Shown: one piece after another, positions 46,335 through 54,885 of the stretch
Numbering within the stretch: position 1 is the stretch's first letter
How the letters are laid out: the number at the start of each line of letters is the position of its first letter
Assembly (NCBI GenBank): GCA_038209995.1
Contig: JBBQXD010000012.1
Location: 1,514 to 65,513 of the forward strand
Source of the DNA: Candidatus Limnocylindria bacterium
Lineage (GTDB): Bacteria; Chloroflexota; Limnocylindria; QHBO01
Direction: 5' to 3'
Length of the DNA stretch: 64,000 bases
The notes under the pieces: generated by a model
What the model was told of the DNA's origin: nothing
What the model saw: only the letters and a program-made list of their open reading frames with translations
Database searches by the model: none
Position numbers and translations under genes: made by a program

Positions 46335-47033
46335 ATGAGCAACCGCCTCCGACCCTCCCTCCTCGTCGTCGACGACGACACGACCCTGCTGTCGGTCGTG
46401 GCGCGACGACTGATCCGGGAGGGCTACGAGGTCAGAACGGCTGGGTCCGGTACCGGCGCGCTCGCCGCCATGGAGCGCGGCTGGCCGGACCTGCTGATCA
46501 TCGATCTCATGATGCCCGGCATGGATGGCTTCGAGCTGGCACGTCGGGTGAAGCGGCTGGCGGATCTCCCGATCATCGTCCTATCCGCCGTCGACGCCTC
46601 GGAGGCGAAGGTCGCCGCGCTCCAGCAATACGCAGAGGATTATGTCACCAAGCCCTTCGACGCCGAGGAGCTGGTGGCTCGGGTAGAGCGCGTCCTCAAG
46701 CGCTCCGCGGGCGGCACCGCATCGATCACGCTCGGCGACGGCGAGGTGGAGATCGACCTCGCCATGAAGCGCCTGACGACGCCCGGCGGCAGCCACGTCC
46801 TCACCCCGATCGAGACCCGGCTGCTCCAGATGTTCATCGGCTCCCCCGACCGCATCATTCCCACCGAGAGCATCCTGGACCGGGTCTGGTCGGAGGCGGA
46901 CGGCGCGGACCCGTCGTACGTGTGGGTCACGATCCGGCGGTTGCGGCGCAAGCTCGAGCCGGATCCGGACCGGCCCCGATTCCTTCTGACCGAGCGCGGC
47001 ATCGGCTACCGACTCAGCTCGACCGGACGCTGA
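46335..47033 (+). CDS. OmpR-family response regulator (within the tad operon)
   Basis: LLVVDDDTTLL, DLLIIDLMMPGMDGF, TKPFDAEELVARV, TERGIGYRL. Starts 11 nt after tadC. Confidence 0.9.
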   Translation: MSNRLRPSLLVVDDDTTLLSVVARRLIREGYEVRTAGSGTGALAAMERGWPDLLIIDLMMPGMDGFELARRVKRLADLPIIVLSAVDASEAKVAALQQYAEDYVTKPFDAEELVARVERVLKRSAGGTASITLGDGEVEIDLAMKRLTTPGGSHVLTPIETRLLQMFIGSPDRIIPTESILDRVWSEADGADPSYVWVTIRRLRRKLEPDPDRPRFLLTERGIGYRLSSTGR

Positions 47034-47036
47034 AGC

Positions 47037-48521
47037 ATGGGACGCCGCGGGGCGCAGCTCTTCTGGCTGATGCTGGCGGTGGCACTGCCCCCGCTCGTGG
47101 CGCTGGCAATCGTCGAGGTGGCCGGTCGAGATGTGGTGGCCAGCCTTGGTCCGGGGACCTCGCTGGCCATCGCCGCGGGCCTGACCGTCGTGTGGGCCGG
47201 CATCGTCACGGTTATGGGTTCGCGGCTGCTGGACATCGACGCTCGCGGCATGCTGGAGGTCGCCGAACGCGGCGAGCCGGCGGCCGCTGAGCGGCAACTG
47301 GTCGAGGCCGGTGGTGAGGTACGGCGTCGCCTCTCCGCTGCGCTCGACGAGCGGAATCGTCAGATCGCCGAGTTGGCGAGGCAGGCGAGGCAAGCACCGA
47401 TCAACCAGGATGCCGCCACGGTGGCGCACGTGATGGCCGCTGCCGCGCGGTCGATCGCCGGGGACGAAACCTGGACGATCGCCATCATGCGTGCCGCCGA
47501 ACCCGAGTCCCTGGCAGGCGTGTACGGCGCTGCGCCAGACGAGGTGACGGCCATCGAGGAGGTGCATCGCTGGGCCTCGACACTCGAAGCCGAGCCGGGC
47601 GACGTGGCCCCCGTTCGGTATGGCACCGGCCCCTGGGGGGCGTTCGTGGCGGTCGAGGTGGCGCGCTCGGACGAAATCCAGGCAGTGCTCATGGCCCCGT
47701 GGGAGGGCCGGCCGGCGCCCACACCGGCCGAACGCGAACTCCTGGGCCTGGTCGGGCAGCACGCGGGCATGGCACTCGAGCATGCGCTCATCTATGCGCG
47801 CGTTCGCCGGCAGGCCGAGGAGCTGGATCGACTGGCGACGGTCCAGGCCGACTTCCTGCGAGCCGTGAGCCACGACCTCCAGTCGCCCCTGACGAGCATC
47901 CGCGCGCTGGCCGCGGAGGTCGCTGCGTCGCCGGCGCTCGATCCCGCGGCCCGTGACGATCTCGGCGCCATGGTGCACCAGGCGGACCGCCTCGGGCGCA
48001 TGGTCGTCCAGCTCCTGACCATGTCGCGTCTCGAGGCGGGGGTCCTGACTCCGGCGAGCGAGGTCTTCCGCGTGGAGCCGATCATCGAGCGGACCTGGAA
48101 GGCGCTCCGCATCGATCGGCCGTTCACCCTCCGTACAGAGAGCGGGCAGTACCTCGCCGTGGGCGATGCCGATCGATTCGAGCAGGCCCTGTGGGCCATC
48201 CTCGGCAACGCGGTCAAGTATTCGCCTGATGCCTCCCCGATCTCGGTGACGGTCGCGCCGGTCTCGCCCGAGCTGCTGGCGGTGGCGGTCACCGACGCAG
48301 GACGTGGCATGAGCCCGGAGACACAGGCTCGGGCCTTCGACCAGTTCTTCCGTTCGACCGATGCTCGCGCCGCGGTGCCGGATGGGAGTGGCATCGGGCT
48401 CTACACGGCGCGTGGGCTCCTGCGCGCTATGGGCGGCGACGTGACCGTGAGCAGCCGTTTGGCTGGAGGCACGACGTTGACAGTCCTGCTGCCTGCAGAG
48501 GCTACCCGGGACCCCGAGTAA
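47037..48521 (+). CDS. sensor histidine kinase with membrane anchor and GAF-like middle domain
   Basis: H-box FLRAVSHDLQSPLTSI, DAGRGMS, GSGIGLYTARGLLRAMGGDV. ~200 aa lie between the TM region and the H-box. Confidence 0.85.
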   Translation: MGRRGAQLFWLMLAVALPPLVALAIVEVAGRDVVASLGPGTSLAIAAGLTVVWAGIVTVMGSRLLDIDARGMLEVAERGEPAAAERQLVEAGGEVRRRLSAALDERNRQIAELARQARQAPINQDAATVAHVMAAAARSIAGDETWTIAIMRAAEPESLAGVYGAAPDEVTAIEEVHRWASTLEAEPGDVAPVRYGTGPWGAFVAVEVARSDEIQAVLMAPWEGRPAPTPAERELLGLVGQHAGMALEHALIYARVRRQAEELDRLATVQADFLRAVSHDLQSPLTSIRALAAEVAASPALDPAARDDLGAMVHQADRLGRMVVQLLTMSRLEAGVLTPASEVFRVEPIIERTWKALRIDRPFTLRTESGQYLAVGDADRFEQALWAILGNAVKYSPDASPISVTVAPVSPELLAVAVTDAGRGMSPETQARAFDQFFRSTDARAAVPDGSGIGLYTARGLLRAMGGDVTVSSRLAGGTTLTVLLPAEATRDPE

Positions 48522-48553
48522 GCCGGGCGCTTCGTCTCCGGGCCCTGTCGGGG

Positions 48554-49618
48554 CTACCTGACCAGCTGAATCGAGACGGGCGACACCCCCGCGGGAAGGG
48601 GCGGCTGGCCATCGGGCGACGTGAAGATGCCCGATCGCCAAATGCCCTCGATGTCCTTGCCGCCCTTGCACTTGGTGATCTCGAGTCCGGCGAAGCCAAC
48701 GATGTGATAGGCGGCGTTAGAACCGTTGCCCGTTGCGTAGTCCCAGACGGGAACGGTCACGATGACGTGGTTGTTGATGTACCAGTCGCAGTCGGCGCTT
48801 GCCGTGTTGCCTGGCAGACTGCCGATAAGATCCGCACTGCCGGTTATCCCAACACGGGTACAGCAGCCGTAGCTGTTGCCTGGGGGCGTGTTCGCTCCGT
48901 TGTCATGACCGATCTCGTCCTGGAGGAATCCGGCGTTGTTATCGCATCCACCGGCCGACCCTTGACCGAGGCCATAGCCAGAGCACCCGAACTTCAGCCA
49001 CGACTTTGCACCCGGACGATTGTTGCCGCCGTCGGTGAACGCGGTGGTCTGGCAGCCAGCGGCCGGCGTCTGGAAGGGGCAGAGGACCATGTGACCCGGC
49101 AGTGATTGATCGAAGCTCGCAGCCGAGATGCCTGCCGGAAACACGCCGGCTCGAGGCGGTGCTTGGTTGCGCACCCCGCGGGCAGTGGCCACTGCTGTTG
49201 TGCTCCACGTGTTCATCCCGATGATGCGGGCAACGAACGGAGTCCATGAGCGCGAGGTTGGGACCTGGACGCCTGCGGCGACGGCTGGAACACTGCCACT
49301 GCCGACGAATGTCAAGGCGGCGCCGGCCTTGTCGACGTATTGAGGACCGGAGGAACCGAATGTGACGGTTCCGCGGTTGCTCTGCACCGTCGCGAGGATG
49401 GCACTTCGAACGCTGGAATCGGTGGCTCCGACGCTGATCGCTCGGGCGCCGGCGAGCGCGCCGAGGTCCGCGGCGTTCTGCGCGGCTCGCCGCTGGCCGA
49501 AGCCGTAGCCGCCATCGATGACGAGCCCAGCCAGGAAGAGCAGACCGATCAGCAGGAATGGAAAGATGATGATGATCTGGCCGCGGTTGATTCGTCGTTC
49601 TCCAAGTGTGACAACCAT
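48554..49618 (-). CDS. TadG-like (Tad_N domain) putative minor pilin / pilus-associated protein
   Basis: NRGQIIIIFPFLLIGLLFLAGLVIDGGYGFGQRRAAQNAADLGALAGAR matches the TadG N-terminal pattern. The rest is a Gly/Cys-rich extracellular region. Confidence 0.75.
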   Translation of the reverse strand: MVVTLGERRINRGQIIIIFPFLLIGLLFLAGLVIDGGYGFGQRRAAQNAADLGALAGARAISVGATDSSVRSAILATVQSNRGTVTFGSSGPQYVDKAGAALTFVGSGSVPAVAAGVQVPTSRSWTPFVARIIGMNTWSTTAVATARGVRNQAPPRAGVFPAGISAASFDQSLPGHMVLCPFQTPAAGCQTTAFTDGGNNRPGAKSWLKFGCSGYGLGQGSAGGCDNNAGFLQDEIGHDNGANTPPGNSYGCCTRVGITGSADLIGSLPGNTASADCDWYINNHVIVTVPVWDYATGNGSNAAYHIVGFAGLEITKCKGGKDIEGIWRSGIFTSPDGQPPLPAGVSPVSIQLVR

Positions 49619-49628
49619 GGTCGTCCTT

Positions 49629-50156
49629 TCAGTTGATCACCATTGTTGCCACGCCCTGGCGGTCGATGGGGCCGATGATCTCCGTGAGGATCGGCGTGAT
49701 AGATGAATAGGTGAATCGGATGCGAATCGAGACAACGTTGCCGAGTGCTCCGCTCGAGCAGGACACCAGAGGCGCCTTCGCATCCCATGCTGCGACGCTC
49801 GTCGGCTGGCTGCCCAAGGCGTCACAACTCATCGAGACAGTCGTGATCGTCCCGCCAAGACCGCTGGTCATCCGGTTTGCGGCCGCCTGGGCATCCGTGG
49901 CAACGAGCGCCGCCGACGCTCTGCAGACCGGCCCTCCGGCCGCGTTGCAGCCGGGGTCGTCACTGGTGGTCTTCCCGATCCAGCTCGCCTCAACGGCTGC
50001 GACACGAGCGGCTTCCCTGGCTGCCTGGGACAGGACGCTGTCCGTGAATACGTACCGCGCCCCGTCAATCAACACAAACACGAACAGGAGGAAGATCGGG
50101 AGCACAAAGGCGAACTCCACCAGACTCTGGCCGCGCGTCTCATGCCTGATGTTCAT
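49629..50156 (-). CDS. TadE-like pseudopilin
   Basis: MNIRHETRGQSLVEFAFVLPIFLLFVFVLIDGARY. ATGA overlap with the upstream gene. Confidence 0.75.
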   Translation of the reverse strand: MNIRHETRGQSLVEFAFVLPIFLLFVFVLIDGARYVFTDSVLSQAAREAARVAAVEASWIGKTTSDDPGCNAAGGPVCRASAALVATDAQAAANRMTSGLGGTITTVSMSCDALGSQPTSVAAWDAKAPLVSCSSGALGNVVSIRIRFTYSSITPILTEIIGPIDRQGVATMVIN

Positions 50157-50797
50157 CGTGAAGGCCGATAGTGGAAGGTCACGGGCGTGGTGCTGGCATT
50201 CACGCAGCTGCCTGCGCTGGGCGTTTGAGGAGACACGACCTGGTTCTTCGTGCCTGTCGTGAGATCGTCGATGCCATTGGGTACAAGACCTGCCGCTTCC
50301 ACCGCGGCTATCGCCTGATCTCGCGTCATGTTGACCACGTTCGGAACGGTCGCGCACGCCGGCGGGCTCGCCGGAAGTCCAGCCGCGCCCAGCGAAACCG
50401 AGGTGGCCGATGCGGTTATGGTGAGGTTACCGACGATGCCTCCGACCGCCGGCGTCAGGAAAGTGAACGGCTCCGAGACCGTGACCAACACGTTGTGCGG
50501 TGTTGCGGCGGTATACGCGGTGGCGCAATCACCCGGGGAGCAGACGACCGTGACTGCGAGCGCAGCCTCTCCCGTCTGCCATTGCACGTTCGTCTCTTGC
50601 CCGGCTCGCGCCCTGATGCCGGCGGCATCGTTGGGATGCGCGATGGCATACGCCGCTCCCTCGCGGGCGGCATTGTTGATCTGGATATATGAGAACAGCA
50701 CGCGCCCGAAATCGGCCGCAACAAGAAAGACCAGGATCAATACGGGCGCGAGGATCGCGAACTCCACCAATGACTGCCCTCGCCTGGAGCGTGACAT
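50153..50797 (-). CDS. TadE-like pseudopilin with C-terminal PASTA-like domain
   Basis: N-terminus MSRSRRGQSLVEFAILAPVLILVFLVAADFGR. C-terminus VPNVVNMTRDQAIAAVEAAGLVPNGIDDLTTGTKNQVVSPQTPSAGSCVNASTTPVTFHY follows the PASTA consensus (VPdvvG...A...L...GL......G.V..Q.P.aG..v....V.l). Confidence 0.7.
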   Translation of the reverse strand: MSRSRRGQSLVEFAILAPVLILVFLVAADFGRVLFSYIQINNAAREGAAYAIAHPNDAAGIRARAGQETNVQWQTGEAALAVTVVCSPGDCATAYTAATPHNVLVTVSEPFTFLTPAVGGIVGNLTITASATSVSLGAAGLPASPPACATVPNVVNMTRDQAIAAVEAAGLVPNGIDDLTTGTKNQVVSPQTPSAGSCVNASTTPVTFHYRPSR

Positions 50798-51013
50798 GCC
50801 ACGCGCGCCCAAACCCCGCCGAAGGAATCTGGCCAAGGGGTTCGGGCGGCTCGTCGGCCGTTGGGCGTCATGACGGATGGGCACGCGGAGGAGCCTCTGC
50901 AGCAGGAGATCGCAACCCGACTCTAGAGGGCGGACCTTGCAGATCACCTTGCAGTCCACCCATGCCCCGGCCTCGATCGGTCGGGTCAGCGCAGTGCGGG
51001 TTGCTCGAATGGA

Positions 51014-51397
51014 GTGAGTACCATCAGGATCGAGATGACCCTTGCCGCTCTCCACAACCGTACCGGCGCAACGACCCTCGCAACGAGATGCCGTGTGGCG
51101 ACCTCTCTTCGTGACCGCACCGTGGGTCTGCTCGGCCGGTCGCACCTCGACGAGGGTGAAGGGCTGTACATCGAGCGCTCCCCGTCCATCCACATGTTCT
51201 TCATGCGCTTCCCGATCGATGCGGTATTCGTTGCCCCGGGCGGACGCGTGACGAAGATCGTGGAGAACCTGAAGCCGTGGCGGCTGGTGCTCTGGGCGCG
51301 TGGCGCCCGGGACTGCATCGAGCTTCCCGTGGGAGCTGTGGCCGCCTCCAACACGCAGGTCGGCGACGTGCTCGAGGTCGTGCCAGCCACCTCCTGA
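51014..51397 (+). CDS. DUF192-family protein
   Basis: RTVGLLGRSHLDEGEGLYIERSPSIHMFFMRFPIDAVFV...ELPVG matches the DUF192 (COG1430) pattern. Confidence 0.7.
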   Translation: MSTIRIEMTLAALHNRTGATTLATRCRVATSLRDRTVGLLGRSHLDEGEGLYIERSPSIHMFFMRFPIDAVFVAPGGRVTKIVENLKPWRLVLWARGARDCIELPVGAVAASNTQVGDVLEVVPATS

Positions 51398-51467
51398 GGG
51401 CGGCCGCGAGGTACGAACGTACTGCGCTCGTACCCCCAACCTGGCAAGGGACATCGCAAGGTTGCCG

Positions 51468-52094
51468 ATGCACCCTGCGGTCATGCATCACCTCCGATGG
51501 CCGCGACGACCCGCGACGAGCCCCGCCGAGTCCGGCCAGGCGCTCGTCGAGTTCGCGCTCATCTTCCCCATCTTCATGCTGCTGGTCATCGGGATGATCG
51601 AGTTCGCGGTCGCCTTCGGCGTCCAGCTGAACATCAACTACGCCAGCCGCGACGCGGCCCTGCTCGCCGCCGAGGCGGGGAACGGCCAGGGCGCGGACTG
51701 CGTGATTCTCGCGAACATCGAATCCACCGTCTCCAGCCCGAGCAATAAGACCGCCATCTCCCAGGTCCGGGTCTACTGGTCCGATGGGAACGGCGTCGAG
51801 AAGCCCGGCAGGGTCAACGTCTACACGCGGTCGAGCAGCACCTCCTGCACCCTCCAGGACGGCACCGTCCTGACGGTTCCCTACTCGATCAGCGGCATCC
51901 CCGGCTACCCGGAGACCGACCGATGCGCCGTTCTCGCCGGATGCCCCGGCGGCCATCCCAGCGTCGACCAGATCGGCGTCACGATCACCTATCAGCACCG
52001 CTGGATGACGCCCCTTCCGTCGATCGTCACCCTGCCCGTCGGTGGCGTGACCGTCACCCGCAGCAATGCCATGCGCATGGAGCCGATCCTGTGA
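51468..52094 (+). CDS. TadE-like pseudopilin
   Basis: ESGQALVEFALIFPIFMLLVIGMIEFAVAF. Start ATG at 51468 or 51483. Confidence 0.75.
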   Translation: MHPAVMHHLRWPRRPATSPAESGQALVEFALIFPIFMLLVIGMIEFAVAFGVQLNINYASRDAALLAAEAGNGQGADCVILANIESTVSSPSNKTAISQVRVYWSDGNGVEKPGRVNVYTRSSSTSCTLQDGTVLTVPYSISGIPGYPETDRCAVLAGCPGGHPSVDQIGVTITYQHRWMTPLPSIVTLPVGGVTVTRSNAMRMEPIL

Positions 52095-52699
52095 TCCGCC
52101 TGCGCGGCCTCCGCCGCCGAACATCTCGCGGCCAGTCGATGGTGGAGATGGCCCTCCTCCTTCCGGTGCTGCTGACCATCGTGGCCGGCACCCTCGAGTT
52201 CGGCTTCGCGTTCGATCATCACCTCACCCTCCAGTACGCGTCGCGCGAGGGCGCGCGGGTGGGGTCGGCCATGGTCAACGGCGGCGGGACTCTCGGCTGC
52301 GGGGGAGGGCAGAGTCCGAATGCCGCCGTCGTGGACCAGACCATCGTGGCCGCCGTCGAGCGGGTTTTGGCCAGCACCAGCTCGCCGATCGCCCTGAACC
52401 GCGTGAGCGAGATCAGGATCTACAAGTCCAACGCCAATGGCGGCGAGGTGGGTCCGGTGAATAGCTGGATCTATGCCGCAGGCGGCGGTCCCGTCGTGGA
52501 CGGCAAGGCCCTTGACTTCAAGACGACGGCCCCACAGACCTGGAGCGCGTGCTCCCGCGTCAACGGGGTGACACCTGACTCGATCGGCGTGAGCGTCGCC
52601 TACACCTACGACCTCCGCACCCCGCTGAAGGCCCTCTTCGCGTGGGCAACCATCGGGATGGGCGATCACACCGTCATGTCGATGAATCCGACCAACTGA
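52091..52699 (+). CDS. TadE-like pseudopilin
   Basis: SRGQSMVEMALLLPVLLTIVAGTLEFGFAF. The GTG start overlaps the previous stop (GTGA). Confidence 0.75.
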   Translation: MIRLRGLRRRTSRGQSMVEMALLLPVLLTIVAGTLEFGFAFDHHLTLQYASREGARVGSAMVNGGGTLGCGGGQSPNAAVVDQTIVAAVERVLASTSSPIALNRVSEIRIYKSNANGGEVGPVNSWIYAAGGGPVVDGKALDFKTTAPQTWSACSRVNGVTPDSIGVSVAYTYDLRTPLKALFAWATIGMGDHTVMSMNPTN

Positions 52700-54885
52700 T
52701 GAGGCCTGAGATCATGTCGCGCTCCCCGAGCTGCGCCACCACGTCACTTTCCACCCAGGACGAAGCCCCGAGCCTGGCGCGCGACGCATCGAGGGGAGCG
52801 CCGCGCGGCCAGATTCTTCTCATCTTCGCTTCGATGCTCGTGCTTCTCCTCACCGTCTCCGCGCTCGCGGTCGACCTCGGGTGGCTGTGGACGAACGCCC
52901 TGCGCGTGCAGCGCGCCGCGGACGCGGCGGCCCTGGCCGGCGTGGTCCACCTTCCCGGCGACATCCCGGGCGCCTATTCGACGGCCCGCGGCGAGGCCCA
53001 GAAGAACGGCTACGTCGACGGGACGGGCGGGATCACCGTGACCCCGGTCAAGGACCTGGCCCTGCCGCGTCGGCTCGACGTCACTGTTCAGGCGCCGGTG
53101 CGCACCTTTTTCCTGGGCCTGATCGGCATGCCGACCATCAACATCACCCGCATCGCGCAGGCTGACTACGTGCTGCCGGTACCGATGGGCAGCCCGCAGA
53201 ACTACTACGGCGTCGGCGACTTCCGGAAGGTGGCGGCCGGCGCGACGTCCAACACCGGCACGATCGCTCCGACCGGTTCGGATGCGTCGGGAACGCAATG
53301 GACAAATCCGTCCAACGCCTACGCGAGTGGCGGCGGTGTCGCGACGGTCGTCGGCTCCAATAAGACGCACATCTTCAAGAACTTCAACTTCAGCGTCCCC
53401 GCCGGCAACTCGATTCTCGGAATCGAGGTGAAGTTCAGGGCCACGTCGACCGCCACGAACTGCCAGATGGGCATCGAGCTCAGCGACAACGGTGGCTCGA
53501 CGTGGACGACCCAGCAGAAGACCGCCGCCAACGTCGACGGCTCGCTCACGACCTACACGCTCGGCAGCTCGGTCGACCTGTGGGGAGGCACGTGGGCCCA
53601 GACCGACTTCACGAACGCCAACTTCCGGCTGCGCGTCCAGAGCCTGGATCCCGGCAGCAACTGCGCCGACACAGATACCTGGTCGCTCGACTTCGTGAAC
53701 GCGAACGTGTTCTCGCAGGCGCCGGCCGCTGACACGATCCAGGAGGTCACCGGACCGTCCGGCCCGCTGTGCACGCCCGTGCCGCCGCGTACGTCCTGCA
53801 GCCAGGGCTTCTGGGGCGCGGTGTTCACCAAGGGCGGCGTCCGGCAGAACGGCGACCGCTATGCACCCGCCAACTGGTCGGGTGGCAGCTCGGCCGCGAA
53901 CCCCGACTACGACAGCAACGGCTACGACTACAGCGTCGAGGTGGGTTCCAGCGGCGAGGTATGGCTCTACGACCCCACGTTCTGTGGAACGGGGCAGACC
54001 GCGTTCGGAGGCTGGTACGGGGCCGGCGATCACTGGACCAGCCTTCCCAAGCCGCCAGGCGGGACCGGGTATGGAGCAGTCACCACTCGGTATCGGCTCT
54101 ATGACACCCGCGGCACCGACTACAGCCTGGGCGACGACGTCCTCGTCCCCGGTGCCGATTCGGGAGCGCTGTTCGCGAACAAGTTCCAGACCGATCAGAG
54201 CGGCACCTTCGGGTCGCCCCAGAAGACGGCCGCCGACGGGGCCGCGAACTGCGCCAGCGATCCGTACCACAACGGGTGGTACCGCATCGCGAGCGGGATC
54301 GCCTCCGGCAAGTATCGGCTCAACGTGAACACCAGCGACCCGGCGAACAACAGCGTGGCCGCCGAGAACCTGTTCTCGATCTACACCAATTCGGCTGGCA
54401 AGCCCCGTGTCTACGGTGGCGGACGGATGGCCGCCTACACGAATTTGGCGGCCGGCACGCAGACGTTCTACCTGGCCCAGATCGGCCCGGAGCACGCCGG
54501 CAAGACGATGGACATCACGCTCTTCGACCCCGGCGACGTCCAAGGCCCAGCGTTCCTCCGCATCCTCTCGCCGGACGGCAACGCCTACAACTACGCGACC
54601 TTCTCGTATTCCGCTGACGCGCAGTGCAGCGGTTCGAGCGACGCGTGCAGCGCCTCGGGGCGCACGCAGATCGAGACGAACAACGGCGGAAGCAGCGCGT
54701 TCGATAATTCCGTGCTCGTGATCAACATTCCGCTGCCCACGACGTACGGCAGCGTTGGCCTGACGCCCGCCGGCGAGACCGAGGCCGGATGGTGGAAGAT
54801 CGAGTACGAGGTCGCCGGCGGCAACGACACCACGACGTGGGAGGTCAGCATCCGCGGCAACCCGGTCCGGCTCGTCGTCCCGTAG
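52699..54885 (+). CDS. large TadG-like protein (Tad_N N-terminus plus ~600-aa extracellular region; candidate tip adhesin)
   Basis: PRGQILLIFASMLVLLLTVSALAVDLGWLWTNALRVQRAADAAALAG...TVQAPVRTFFLGLIGMPTINI. Start overlaps the previous stop (TGATG). The long C-terminal region is rich in Gly/Thr/Ser/Asn. Confidence 0.8.
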   Translation: MRPEIMSRSPSCATTSLSTQDEAPSLARDASRGAPRGQILLIFASMLVLLLTVSALAVDLGWLWTNALRVQRAADAAALAGVVHLPGDIPGAYSTARGEAQKNGYVDGTGGITVTPVKDLALPRRLDVTVQAPVRTFFLGLIGMPTINITRIAQADYVLPVPMGSPQNYYGVGDFRKVAAGATSNTGTIAPTGSDASGTQWTNPSNAYASGGGVATVVGSNKTHIFKNFNFSVPAGNSILGIEVKFRATSTATNCQMGIELSDNGGSTWTTQQKTAANVDGSLTTYTLGSSVDLWGGTWAQTDFTNANFRLRVQSLDPGSNCADTDTWSLDFVNANVFSQAPAADTIQEVTGPSGPLCTPVPPRTSCSQGFWGAVFTKGGVRQNGDRYAPANWSGGSSAANPDYDSNGYDYSVEVGSSGEVWLYDPTFCGTGQTAFGGWYGAGDHWTSLPKPPGGTGYGAVTTRYRLYDTRGTDYSLGDDVLVPGADSGALFANKFQTDQSGTFGSPQKTAADGAANCASDPYHNGWYRIASGIASGKYRLNVNTSDPANNSVAAENLFSIYTNSAGKPRVYGGGRMAAYTNLAAGTQTFYLAQIGPEHAGKTMDITLFDPGDVQGPAFLRILSPDGNAYNYATFSYSADAQCSGSSDACSASGRTQIETNNGGSSAFDNSVLVINIPLPTTYGSVGLTPAGETEAGWWKIEYEVAGGNDTTTWEVSIRGNPVRLVVP

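Noticed and set aside
46581-48671. 696-aa minus-strand ORF across the tad-linked response regulator and kinase
   Set aside because: It is antisense to genes with clear OmpR and HisKA/HATPase motifs.
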